A stretch of 63,926 bases of DNA, counting the filler, from Phoronis australis (taxonomy: Eukaryota; Animalia; Phoronida), in the NCBI GenBank assembly GCA_002633005.1. It is 5 parts of 5 records of this genome, joined end to end, with 100 filler letters (N's around TTAATTAATTAA, not from the genome) between each part and the next. Parts side by side here need not be neighbours in the genome. Positions count along the whole stretch, not along the records: positions 47,158 to 63,926 come from NMRA01001406.1; 4 more parts are not named here. One strand, 5' to 3'. Both the position numbers and the translations under genes were made by a program. Below are positions 51,361 to 63,926 of this stretch, piece by piece. Within the stretch, counting starts at the first letter, position 1. The number at the start of each line of letters is the position of its first letter. A model generated the notes under the pieces. That model was not told the origin of the DNA, did not search any database, and was given only the letters and a program-made list of their open reading frames with translations.

Positions 51361-52700
51361 TTACACATAAGACCTCCCAGGTAAGGCTGGACGTAACGGG
51401 TCATACTCACTAATTACGTCACTCCAACACAAGGGTTGGCACTTTCTAAAAATACACGCCGATGAGGATGGATGCCATGAAGTGCAATATTTTCGTGGAA
51501 TGGGGGTGGGACGNCACAGATCGGTGTCAGATTTCCTATTGTCAGTTTCACCTTGGACAGAGGGTTGATAACTGCAATTGACATCTGACCCTACCGCAAC
51601 GGAGCGATAAAGCTTTTGTGGGATATTGGAGTTCCGTTTTTTGTAGTGTCTCTTTACTTGTTTTTTAATATATCCCACAAGTTTACTTACTTGGGACAGG
51701 GATTTTCCATTCAGTCCGCTCCAACTTACGTTTGGAAACGCTGATGCTACCCATTTGACGTTAGCTGGCCTGATTTTTGGACAATTGACACGCAAATGAT
51801 CCCTTACTCCACATCTAAAGGGCGGACACGACGAACAGGTGCTGTGGTGAGAACTGGCCGGGTAGAAACCTGGCAAGATGGGGCAGTGATCGGACGAACT
51901 TCCTTAACATTTGTTTTAGTTTTAGAGAAATTGTCCTCCATTTTATAAAACATGCGAGTCATGTACGTGGTCCAACTTTTGGTGTAATAATTTGTTATCT
52001 TCTGTTAGATAACTTACACGGGACTCTAATACATCACATCTCTCCACTAAGGCACCGATAGTATCCTCAGATTGATGTTTGGGCGTTACTGGGCAATGAC
52101 TCTGCATGTAGCTGTCATCATCAAACACTTTTGAATTGGTGAATGGATGATGTGCATGAGTGAGGTCTTTGGTTGTCGAATACCAAACTGCACAACTGAA
52201 TCCAAAGTCTCGTCAAAAGAACGGGGGCGACTATTGGTGAGCTATTTGCTTGTCAATTAACCCAAGGCAACACCTTAGTATTGGTGGTCACTGTCGGAAG
52301 GTTGGGGGAATACCAACAAAAATAAATGATAGAGCCTGTCAGCCCACTGGTGAAGGGACTCGGCATGCTTTTGTGACACAGAGTGGAATTGTAATTGATC
52401 CATCCCTGGCACTTCAGAAGAAACGGCTAAGCGTTTTCTCATGGCTTCAACCACATCCTCATAGAATGCCTCTGGCCCGACTTTCTGTAAAATTAAAGAG
52501 GAAGCGTAGTGCATCATCCTCGCAGCATGAACTCAACTCTGCCAGGCATTTATCCGCAGACCATAAATTACCTGTAGCAAATTAAGTGAAATTCCAATGG
52601 AAGTTTTCCCAGGTACAATGTCGCACTCCCTTAAATACTAAATTGTAGAGGGCATGCGAATTGACCTTGTATCCATAGGGCATTCCTTGCACCAGGACTA
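51361..52700 (-). pseudogene. Gypsy-type gag remnant
   Basis: QLQFHSVSQKHAESLHQWADRL (gag major-homology-like region) and FRCGVRDHLRVNCP (zinc-knuckle-like); frameshifted; no protease or RT downstream. Confidence 0.7.
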
Positions 52701-53327
52701 CCTCCACTGTCGCGCTTGCTTTCTCCATTTCCCCAGTACCCCCTTAGGTGAACAGGAGATGTAAAAACGCCAGGACCTATGCCACAGTCACACCTACCTC
52801 CTGCGTTTCCCGAATACCCCTTTGTCGAATAGGAGACGTGGAATCGCCGATCACCGGAATACTGTATCTATTAGATATCAGATGATTGGGTGGTTACAAG
52901 TTTGGTGACTGAGCGGGTGGATTATTCATTAGCCCCGTGTCAGATGCAATTTGCCGTCATAGGGTTAGCTCGAGTGGCTGACATTTGAGACAGGCTGAAT
53001 AGGTCCCCTAGTCCTCGTTTGGGAAGGACTGTAAGGTATCAAAGGGGTTCCCGATACCAGGCAGAGGCGGGTAGAATCCCGTGTTGTTACCAATGTTGGT
53101 TCCCAGATGCTACACAGTACTCACGCATCTTGACTAACATGATTCATCAGCAAGATTGCGGACCACTCCGCTCAACGAAAACCACGTGACTTCAACTCTA
53201 GTTATATTAATCTCACTTTGTGGGGCCGCCGTTCTCAGGCCACTCGACCTCGGGATTAGAACGTATGATGTAGTCCTTGCCGAATACATAAATAAACCTA
53301 TGAAGATGACTATATTCCACTAATTTG

Positions 53328-53375
53328 CGTATATATGCATATATATATATATATATATGTAACTATATACATGTA

Positions 53376-53413
<38 letters not shown>

Positions 53414-53490
53414 CGTGTGTGTTTGTGTGTGGGTGTGCGTATGCGCGCGCATGGGTGTTTGTGTTAATGTATATATGTATATATATATAT

Positions 53491-53532
<42 letters not shown>

Positions 53533-53590
53533 TTATATGTATATGTATATGTACATTGTATATGCATATGTATATGTATATACTAGTATA
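53328..53590. repeat. Compound (AT)n/(GT)n microsatellite
   Basis: Direct inspection. Confidence 0.98.
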
Positions 53591-54191
53591 ACAATAAAAC
53601 CGTAGAACGAACTAAATTACGGCTTTTCAAGCGCCATTTTCACGTCGAAGTTGGGTTTGTTTTCATCTCGAAATACGGCGGCAAACTGTACGTGTGATGT
53701 CATCGATTCGCCGTCAGCTTATTGGCTGGGAACTCATAGCTAGGACCAAGTTACGGTTGACGTCAGTTGTTGTAAAAATCGCAGTGAGCTAAAGAATAGC
53801 TCGAGCTTTTGATATGCAGAGTACCCTTTCATACACATCACACCCACGGATGCAGGTTGGCGCGATCTTGGCAGCCAAATCGAAGTTGTGGGAGACAACT
53901 TATATGAGGCATTCTTAACACAGATATCAGTGAGTTGCTTTTATAAATAGTGTACATGGAACACCTTGACTGCTTTAGCCTTCCTTTTAAATCAAAAGGT
54001 TACAAATACACAGACAACCATGTAACATGATATCAAGTAGTGTCGATGTTGTTGTAATTGCTGACCTAGCATAGTAGAAAGCCGAAATATGGGAGGGAAA
54101 TGAGCTGCGCAGTGGTTAACAAGTACTGGTTGCTGCAAGGAGTTGAGTTGTGTTACACGTCACCAGCCGGCAGCAGCGTGACTCCTAGGTG

Positions 54192-54633
54192 TTAAAGATG
54201 CTATGTCTCCTTAGAAACGTAATGTTTAAATTTGCAGCAGTTGCCTCCTTATGACTCCCTGGAAAACTGTGAACAAGTATAATCAGGAAAAAATGCGTAA
54301 AAATTACGATTTTACAGAAAGCATTACAACTGATACTCGTTTAAGTGCAAAAACAAGTGTAACACTTGAAAACCCTTGTAATTCCAAATATTACACGATC
54401 GTTATTTGAGAGTGACACAAACAAATAATATAAGCTGTGCCTTGTTTCATTAGGGTAACAACGGAATATTGCCGTACTCACTTACACATAAATAGTCTGG
54501 CAAAACGAGAGTTCAGTTTCGTTCTCGAGACCGTTCAGGTGGTTTCCGGCACACTGGAGGACCTGGGGTTGTTTTGAAATTGGTACTTCATTTGCGTATT
54601 CACAATTTAAGTTGAAGATACTGTCATCTTGAA
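54192..54633 (+). mobile_element. TTAA-type MITE, copy 2
   Basis: Homologous to 41490-41925; starts TTAA|AGATGCT, ends CATCT|TGAA. Confidence 0.55.
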
Positions 54634-55364
54634 GAAAAAAAGCTGGTGAAGTCAAAATTGAGTTACAAAAAATACTGATTGGCTGCTTACAGGTTTACAA
54701 GTTCTGAATCTTGTGTTACGTTTGAGGGGTGCTTTTTATTCAAGCCCCCCCCCCTTGTGACGACACCGACGGCAAGAATTGACAATTTGGTAATAAGATC
54801 ACTCTGACAAAAGACGCAATAGATTTTGTTGTTTTACCGACATGTATCATGCGTGCACCCAGGGGGGAAGGGCTCGGGGGCTCGAATAAGCCCCCCGTTT
54901 GGCGAAATGGGCAAAAAGGTAAGCTTCAGATAAACAAAAAGTCCGAGAAAACAGACAAAATTAAAATCAACACATAGCAGGATGTAAGGACTGATTTGAT
55001 TTAAACAAGATGAGCTGAAGTTTCTAAATAGGACTGAATTCATAAAATAGGATTTAATTCATGAAACGGGATCGAATTTATAAAATAGGGTTAAATTTCT
55101 AAAATTGAAATTGCAAAGTTAATAATTAACTTTTATTTTTATTCTAAACAGGGTTGGGTTTATGAAATAGCATCGGATTAAAAAAACTGGTTTGTTATTT
55201 TAAATCATGTTTGTACTTACAGCTACCCTTAAGCCTGGGGTGTATATAGTGCCAGAGAACTTGCTTTGAGTCCAGACAGTCTTTGGATTTGTGTCGGTTC
55301 TATCCTGTGTTTACTTTGTTCAATGCCTCAAATGCAGTGAATGCTACTGTATGTTAGCCATGTG

Positions 55365-55589
55365 GTCTATGGTTAGCGTTACCTTTAAGTAGGTCAACTG
55401 GGTCAGGCAGCGCTTATGAGACAGTACAAGCATCGATTTCTTCGAAAAACCTTCGTTCAGCCAAAACAATCAGTCTATGGTTAGCGTTACCTTTAAGTAC
55501 ATGTAGGTCAACTGGGTCAGGCAGCGCTTATGAGACAGTACGAACATCGATTTCTTCGAAAAACCTTCGTTCAGCCAAAACAATCAGTC
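55365..55589. repeat. 108-bp tandem duplication; second copy has a 6-bp insertion
   Basis: AAGTAGGTC in copy 1 versus AAGTACATGTAGGTC in copy 2. Confidence 0.95.
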
Positions 55590-57530
55590 GAATGAATTTT
55601 CCGAGAATAAGTATATGTGGAGATGACCGGGAGAAAGGTAGTCAATGGTTTACCTGTGAGAACGTGATCTATAGTGCAGCACTGGCTTCGGCATATTTGT
55701 GTTTCTGGTAAGTTTTCTGGGTCTAACCCATTCATAAGGCCTATAGATCTTTTATCTTCGCTTAAATGAAAGGATTTAAAGTAGATCTAGTTCAGGCATA
55801 TAACTGAACTAAAAGTGTGTAATGGCCAACCGGCCCAATAGCTTTCAAATCGTAAGAGCCCAAACTATTAAAGGGGCCCAGATGTTTGAAATGTAGTTTC
55901 GAGAAACAACGATTTAGATAATGAACAGACATGTACCTCGACCAACGGTCGTAATTGATGATATCTAGTTTCCAGTAAACAGAACAAAGTTCAAGGGAAA
56001 TGTTCTCAACTTGATAGTAAGTCTGCGGGAACAATGCAGTGAACCTTAAGTCACCCCTTCGAAAATCGTTAATACTCTTGTGCAAATGAAATCAAACAAA
56101 GGTCATTGAATGCATGACAAATTAATCTATCCTTGTCAATACATAAAAATTCCCTAGCATATCCTGAGTTTGGCTTCAATCACGGTTTGACGTCACGGTC
56201 CCAACCCTGATGTTCCCGTACTAAACAATGGAAGGTCTGATCGATCGGGCAGTATTTGTTCTGTGCATATTTCAAATGAAAAACGTGGTCATAACACTTC
56301 GTCATGGTTTTTTTGTAAACAAAAACCAAAAAACCGCCTGCTTTGACATCAGAAAATGTAGCAACAAAAGGTTAACCTGAACCTTTACAAAATTGTAACA
56401 AAACGAGTCATAAGGAGTGCCCCAACCGCTGTAAGAAGCCCATAAACACCTAACTCAGTAGTTAAATAATTCAAAGGAACAAGTTGTACACTCCATAACA
56501 CCTTGATTCAAGAGTACAAATGTTTTCAAGTGTTTGTTTGAGAACTATCTTGCTCTAAGTTCTGTTCACATACACGAAAGCGACGGGGTTGAGATTTGAA
56601 GTTTATTTTGAGAACACTATTCCCCTCGAATTAAACAGCAAGAATGTGCATCCTATGTCGTCGTATCATGAGGTAGTGAGAGGCTGCAGTAAATTATAGC
56701 CTGGCTGAACCATGGCAGTTTGCAAACTTAGATGTTTTGAGCCGACACTGAACCGTCCCACAATGCATTTGAAAGGCTACAACAGTCCCGCAAAAAGATT
56801 TCCTTTAAAGGTGGCACTCAGCAGTTTTTGCTGATTTTGGGCTTGAAAAACCTGGTCTTGTCGATTCCAACAATCTGTTGTGCAGGATATCCATAACCTA
56901 AAAATTTGAACTGTATACCTGGCCAAAAACTTCAAAAACCATGCACAAAATCTATTGAAAGTGATTCTAAAGTAACTTTTCCTCCTTTTCCGACTACCGT
57001 AAATACAGCCGGCTACTTGAAAAAACGAGCACGAGTAAAACGCGTCCACAATTTTCACCTCAAAGCCACGGTTTGCATGCATTTAATACGAACTGAGAAA
57101 GAGTGCATTCAGATTACCAAAGCTCTCAATTTTACAGAAATCATGTAAAAAGGAAGTGTCAACCATCCAGAATGTCACCAAATCCAAAGCGTCGGAAGAA
57201 TAACCGAATTTCCTGCTAAATTTCAACTTCCCGATTCCAAGCATGTAAGCCAGGGCTGAGCAAAAACGATTCAAGTGGTCGAAAGGTGGCAATCTTTCAT
57301 TCAGAACTGAATTAAACATCTTCCACTCAGCCTTTACATGGGGCAAGCAAATTCAGCAAGATCCCATGGATGTGTTCGTCACAAGAGAGTGCCTGTTTGC
57401 GATATTTTTGGATGTTTAGAATACATTCCCAATATTGACTTAATGAAAGCGTCTCCAGAAATCGCTACAATGCTTAATCAGAAATCACCCCCATTACCCT
57501 GACCATGAGAACAGAAAAAAAGTGTAACTC

Positions 57531-57684
57531 CAGTGCTGTAGTGGGGCGTAGGCGCAGGTAGGCGCAGCCAACCAAATTTTGGCATTTGAACGTAGCGCTT
57601 ACGCACCGTAAGTTACGTTCAGGTTATACGGTGGGCTTTGGGCGCCTACTTACTTGTACCTCTAATTTTACTACTACAGTGCTG
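57531..57684. mobile_element. hAT-type MITE (154 bp)
   Basis: CAGTGCTGTAGT...ACTACAGTGCTG imperfect TIR; 8-bp TSD TGTAACTC/CGTAACTC. Confidence 0.6.
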
Positions 57685-58022
57685 CGTAACTCATAGCAAG
57701 GAGTGTAGTACTCCTTGCTCATAGCGTAATTTTTTTCTGTGTTGTGATGTCAAAGTAATATTACGCTGTTACTGATAAGGAGAGTAAGTGCCATGCAATT
57801 ATTTCGATGTTTTTAGAAACACAAAGAATACACCGGTGAACCCTATTTGCAAATTGTGTAAACGCTGTCACTATTAACTGGTTTACTCTCAGTAAACACA
57901 CCAAACTATATTATGGAGTAGCTATTGGTTTGCTTATGTTTAACCCGTACTTTTCAGGTCAAAAACCCACTACTGCACGTTTGGAAGTGTGTACGATGAC
58001 TTAAACACCGCATGGCTGAACC

Positions 58023-58314
58023 ATGAACGATCGTGACAAACGGCGGTTAACAGTTAACCGCGTTCGTTTGCTCGAAGACATTCCCACTAGCAAAATTTGC
58101 CAGAGATTGCGAGGTGGACTACGTTGTATTTTTTCGATACAGGACACACAGAGAATCAATTATGAACAAACATCTTGGGACCAAAATGCATTGTTGCTGG
58201 ACATACTTGTTACTAAAGGTTCTCGAGCTTACGAGGCATTTTTAACAGCTCTAAAGGAAGAAGAACTGGGGCACCTGGTTGAATGTCTTGAAAACACAGA
58301 TGACGGATCAGCAG
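58023..58314 (+). CDS. CARD-domain coding exon (caspase-9/-2, APAF1 or CRADD-like N-terminus)
   Basis: MNDRDKRRLTVNRVRLLEDI...DQNALLLDILVTKGSRAYEAFLTALKEEELGHLVECLE; acceptor at 57957, candidate donor at 58315. Confidence 0.85.
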
Positions 58315-58551
58315 GTACATGTACAGTGTCGCTATACGCATTGTATTGTACTTTTTCATAGAACTCTAGCCCTGGAATCCCAACCTTCGCACGTAACCCT
58401 AGCGTGCGTTCAGTAACGCTAGGACCTACGCTAGGATCTAGCTAAAGTCTAGACAAAGTCACATGTTCTCATTTAAATTACACGCAAATTTATCACGTAA
58501 TCTCGCGAAGTCTTGCTTTTTAGCGAGGTCCTAGCGTTACTGAACGGGACG

Positions 58552-58738
58552 CTGGTTCCCGGGCCTCAAAGATGACGTCACGGATAACTTGTAAAGACCC
58601 AGGTACAGTGCACTAGAATAATGGTTTTCATTTGCTGTCAGCTAACCTGGTTCCCGGGCCTCACAAGGTGACGTCACAGATTGCTTGTGAAGGCCCAGTT
58701 ACAGTGCACTAGAACGATGGTTTTCATTGGCTGTCAGC
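58552..58738. repeat. ~95-bp diverged direct repeat next to an inverted repeat (58400-58552)
   Basis: CTGGTTCCCGGGCCTCA...TACAGTGCACTAGAA...GCTGTCAGC twice; CGTTCAGTAACGCTAGGACCT with its reverse complement. Confidence 0.75.
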
Positions 58739-61700
58739 ACGCAATTTTTAACCAGGAAGTTTGCCATGCGCATGCATACATCCGGTACTACGTTATCAGG
58801 TCGCTAGGTGTCGCGAGAGTAAAAGTTATTTTGCCACTGGGTTTGGGGTCGGGGGAAATCTGGGGGTGATGTAGCTGTTTATATATTGATATTATCAACA
58901 AACAGAAGTGAAATTCATGTAATTATCGATTCCTTATTTTGAAAATAAACCCGAATTAACAATGGCTTCACTTTTTTCACTTGCCATTTTTTCAGTTTCA
59001 TTGTTTGAACGTTTTTTATGAATTGAAAACGTCTCCAATTCCTGGATCCTCCCCTGCTGTAAGATCTTTCAGCAGGGGCGGGTCCAGGATTTTGAGTTAG
59101 GGGCAGGGGGGCAGAATTTTAGGCAGGGCCATACCCCCCCTTGCTGTCCCTCTTCCCCCTAAACCCGTCACTGTACAGTGTTTCAGTAGACACTGCTGGC
59201 GCACAATTTCCACCACTTCGCAGCTTACTCAATAATCACTCCTTAGAACACCACAATTTTCGACTCTCCAGGTAGCCACAATTTTTGAGCTACTTCCCAT
59301 CCTTGTTGCCATAATTTTTTCTTCCCCATTTCCCTTTTTGAAGTGGGACCCCACACAATTTGAGGGTCCTAAGCCATTCAGATCACCTTGGGTATATTCG
59401 GGGCCTCAAATTTCTCATTGGAGGTCAATTTAACCTGTGTGATTATCAAAATTAGTGGAGAATGATTGCCCATCATGACCAGAGTTCGAGCATGTACTGA
59501 AAACATTAACTTCCAAGGGCATCCAGAATACCTCGGGTGTAACCTCAAATTTCACCTAATAGGTGAATGCTGTGTGCACTTGTGCGAACTTTAGTTAGCC
59601 TATTATTGTCAAGACTGAAAATCACTTGACTTGCCATATTTTGGATAACGTTCATGTCCGAGAGGATATTTGAGGCTACGAAAATACCCGAAGTATTTCG
59701 AAGAAAAATTTGTAAATAGGAAAATAGCCGACGTGCTCTAGATGTTCCGAGGATAAATTTGTAGCTACGAAAATACCCGAGAGGTGTCCAAAATGGGCCC
59801 TAAGCTTTAGTTTTATGCATGATCTGGCACGGTACAAGAAGAATCTCCACCCGTTCAGATAATGGCTAAAAACAGTTTGTGGTCCGAGGGTTGGACTTCA
59901 ATTAGATTGTAGCCTAATGTTTGAAATGTAAAATCTTTTTATAAGAGCTAATGCTAACTACTAAGTCCTTTCGTAGTAATTATTGGACAGCTGTCTTTTT
60001 CACCTTTAAGCTTGAGAAAGTCGGCACAGGGATTCCTTTTCTCAAAAATGAGTCTGGTGTCCAAAATTCTTAAAATACAGATATGGTATTAAAACATCTT
60101 CTGCTGTAGGAAAAGGTACCATTTGCAGTGTTTGTAACTTGCAGAGTGAAACCCGTCGTATTCACGGGAAAAAAATTTGCTTTGGTACGGATTTTTTCAA
60201 GCACCATTTTGAAGAGAAATTATTTAGAAAAATCACCCAGCTGAGTGTCATGTCCTTTATAAACGTGTGGGAGTACCCGGGTACCCCCTTGGAATGGTTT
60301 TAGGAGGGTACTCTGAAAGCCCAAGGATGATGGAGTGAACCTTATCCTTATACATAACAATGTGAGTTGAACATCTTGGAAAGTACATGCACATCTGTTG
60401 ATTTCAGAATGTGCTTATCAGATGGTGTTTTCTGGCTCTCAGATTTCCTTCGAGTTAAACTCCTTAAAGTTGCTATGAATGCGTTGTATGTGAAAATGAG
60501 TAAATTTTCATCTGAACAACTTACCACTATATACAGGAAGTGGAACAATTAAAAGATGAAAATTTTCCAGATGGTCTATCATTTCACAAATACATGTAGA
60601 CTTGTGTGATAGAAATATTTTTGTGTTGTAAAATTAAACTGAAACAAATGTTTTTGTATGAATCAGGCCAAAAATGATGATAAAAACGAAGCTGTTAATC
60701 GAATAAGTGGAAATAAAAACAAGAAAGGAAAATTACAAGCCCTGTATATATCCCTGTCTTAACTTGTTCCTTGGTGGACTTGGAAGAATTCAAACTTTGT
60801 TATTGCTCAAAGCCATAGTTATTGCACAAGGTCTTAAACAATAACAAACTATCAGTTCAACTGAAGCCAATATACCACATGTAATCTCAGTAAGGAACAG
60901 TACGAGATCAAGAATCTAATCACGAGTACACACATGAAGATTGACACCAGACACTAGTACCCAAATCCAATGCCAATCTTCATGTGAGTGCTTGCGATTA
61001 GATTTTTGCTACTAATTTGGCAAAAAAACAACATTGTTCGTACCAGACCAATCTTATATTGTTTCAGGACGGTTCTAAAAAGCGGTTTGGATAATAGCAG
61101 CTTGAAAAATGATACAATTTGTGGATAAGGAACTTAAAAAGGGTTCATTTTTTCAAAACAAGATAGATGTTTTATTATGCTCCAAATTGTATTTAAATGC
61201 TTTTTAGGCTAAACAGATTCTAGTCCAGTATTGTATGGATTGATTTAAAACCCTGAAAAGGGATTACGTATGTGATCATGTTTTGGGAATTACACCTCTA
61301 GAGTGAAACTTTCAATCCAAATCGAACTCGAAATTGTTTTTGTCACTTCTAGTCCACTTCCTTGCGAGATCAAGATAGTACTTAATGACCACAAGATTCG
61401 AACTAAAATTTTAGTAAAAACTCAAGATTTCTTTTAGCTCTAATGCAAGGATTATTAATTGCCATCAAGAAGCACTCAAGTATAGAATAAAGGAAACTTA
61501 TCTCGAGTTCAAACAAAAGTAAAATAGCAAATAACCAAAAAAAAATCCTGAGTAAAAAGTTGAAACCCATGGTCTATGCTTTCACAGGGCAGTGAATGTG
61601 CAACTTGAGTGGCAGTCGGGTCTTTAGTAACCTATTCCCCTAGCACCACTGGTGTTGTCAGAATTATTCAAGAGGATGCTAAACATGAAATTGTTGGCAA

Positions 61701-62289
61701 CCAATGACTGTAATGCGAGGCAACCTAGATGCACTGAACAGGGGACAGGGACAGGGACAGGAAAGCTAAGCCAACACAAAACAGAAATGAGTTTCTGCCA
61801 GGGGAAGGGTTTGGAATAAAGAGGGGATAGTCCTGTTGTGCGCCCACGGGTATGTTAATGCCCAGACTTAGTACTTCAGTCTATCCCCAAACTAAACCAT
61901 ATTTCTAATCAATACATCTGAAAAAATAATAAAGTTCCCAATGGTTAGATAAATTTCTGTGCATGTTGTGTGTTTTGTAGCTTATGAGTATACTATTTCT
62001 AGGAACACATTAATGATGTCAACGTGAGGGTGTTTGCCAATACGAATGTTCTTAAGCATTTCACACTGCCCAACTCTTGCCACGAGGAGGCTCCCTCAGT
62101 AAAAGTCAAATTTGTAATTTTGAAAAGCTGTTCGAAAAAACCAAAATGTTGACTAAAATCCCTGCTGTATTATGTAGATCATTATCACAAGAATGAAACA
62201 CTAGCATGTTGCTCCTAACATTGACCCCCACTTTGAGAACCAGTGTTTTCTAATGCATATCAGGAACCTGTTTTTCACTGAATAGCAGG

Positions 62290-63760
62290 CGTTAAAAATT
62301 GTTCTCAAAATTTGGATTGCCAGTGAGTGGCAATTGCCTGGATAACAACCCAACCCAAGTAACGCATAAGAAACAGTCAATTTGGGTTAAGTGACCCAGC
62401 TTAAACTCTTTGAAGTACCCTGACATCCCAATTTTAGAATGTGAGATGTTTTTCCAACTAGTAGCAATCATTTCAACAAACCAAGTTTTTAAAGTTTGCT
62501 TGCTTACAATGTCTGACTCCACCATGCTTTGATTACAGCGAACCTTAGTAGTTTCATAATGTTTTAGAATGGTTCTGAGACGTTGTTTTGCAATCAGACT
62601 GAAATTAATAGATGATTGTTGCAAACTACAAAATTTGACATCATGTAAACGTGGAAAGATAAAATGAAACTGTCGACGAGTCGGGGTCCAGGAGAGAGGA
62701 AACTTGCATAGATTGCATATGACCAAATGTACCACTCTGATCAGTGACACAGGCGTTGCAAAAGTCTCCATGGAAAGGTGAATTTCCAAATAAATTCCAC
62801 ACAAAAATATTTACTTTTTGTTGGAACTGTATAAAATGATCCTTTGTTGCACCAAAACCACTGACGGTTTTATATGCAACTGAGGTTTGTTGTTTTAAAA
62901 AGGATACAGCCCAGAAAGCTTTTTGCTGAAATTCAATTCCCTGTAAATAACAACTTTGCATAATTATGTTATCAGAAAATTTGACTCTTCCATTGAGGCT
63001 CTCGGCAAAATGGGTCAGTTTTAATGACTGTGCCAACTCAAAAAGTGAGGTTTTATCTTGCTGACTATACAAAAGAGTGTGTATAATCCTCATTTCACGG
63101 CAACAGACACCCTCCGAAATAATTGAATACTCCGTACGACTGTACGAATGGCACCACCAAAAGCGATGTCAGTCATTATAAAACTATTACTAGACTGAGT
63201 AGTGTTTGTGTGTTTAGGACCATTGACTGTATTTTTATGCTACTAACTTCTGTGGGAAGTGACAAGTGTGTCAGTGTATTTTACAATGACAATGTCCATG
63301 AATAGTAGTATTTCAGCACATATCCTTATCGGACCCACAGCCGTCCTCAGCTTCTGATCCCCCAATACACCATATATAATACTACAAGGTATGACACTCC
63401 TGACCAGAAAGTCCACAGGTGCTTCACTTCAGCCGTCCATATCAAACACAAAACTCAATAAAGTTACTCAAAACAAGGTTTCAACAAACCATTAGTAATT
63501 GTTCTTTCTTCTAATACCCTTCACGGTGTCCTGCTCTAGCGAGATCGCTACAAATTCAAAATGTCAGACTCGAAAAGTGTTGGACTCGACATTTGGAGTA
63601 AAAACTGGTTAACTAAGAAGTTCAAAGCGAGGCTTTGAGCAGAAGATATGGACGCTGACGGAAGGCTGATCAAAATAACGTTGGCTTTTGGGTTTAAAAA
63701 CGTATATTTGTTCAAACTTTGGCAACACAAGGGTTGTCGTTTGCTCTAACACTGGCAAGA
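62290..63760 (-). pseudogene. Highly decayed LRR/TLR-like ectodomain remnant
   Basis: Scattered motifs in shifting frames: LLFTGN*ISAKSFLGCILFKTTNLS, NLFGNSPFHGDFC, LPLTGNP, VESNTF. Confidence 0.35.
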
Positions 63761-63926
63761 CTTCCGATCCGAAACTGTTTAGGTAAGGTGAGCCTACGTT
63801 GCTTTCCGTTTATAACTTTTCACCAATACCATACCAGGGGCGGATCTACGTTTTCAGTAAGGGGGGGGTTTAGGATTCCCGCAAAGGTCGAATCCTAGGC
63901 GCGTGGCGCCGAGAGGGGGGGGGTCG

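Noticed and set aside
52880-52920. 5' LTR end plus PBS (TTACA-AGTT-TGGTGACTGAGCGG) of the gag element
   Set aside because: Wrong strand relative to gag and no similarity to the 50578-50826 LTR; at most a separate fragment
53310-53591. ORFs rich in Y/I/C/V
   Set aside because: Translations of a dinucleotide microsatellite
56777-57346. Adjacent minus-strand ORFs of 87 and 101 aa as a gene
   Set aside because: No recognisable domain; partly overlaps a TTAAAGG-starting repeat-like segment

Overview
Eukaryotic (invertebrate-like, intron-rich, repeat-rich) DNA made of five pieces joined by artificial 100-nt linkers (N44-TTAATTAATTAA-N44 at 11762, 37671, 41119, 47058), so adjacency across linkers is not biological evidence. 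Piece 1 has nine spliced exons of a kinesin-6 (KIF20-like) gene, followed in frame by a terminal exon resembling the SPEF1 C-terminus. Piece 2 is a ~21 kb array of about nine decayed, same-orientation units that read through frameshifts as Toll-like receptor pseudogenes (LRR-LRRCT-TM-TIR), invaded by an Academ transposon, a Helitron, a LINE and a HINE-like element. Piece 3 has four exons of DYNC2LI1. Pieces 4-5 hold Kolobok elements (THAP and P2X7-C-like KolX genes), a gag-only LTR element with a structured RNA segment, a CARD exon and more LRR debris. TA->TACATGTA and TA->TAGGCCTA 6-bp expansions recur. Family assignments come from motif recognition by eye; no database searches were run.
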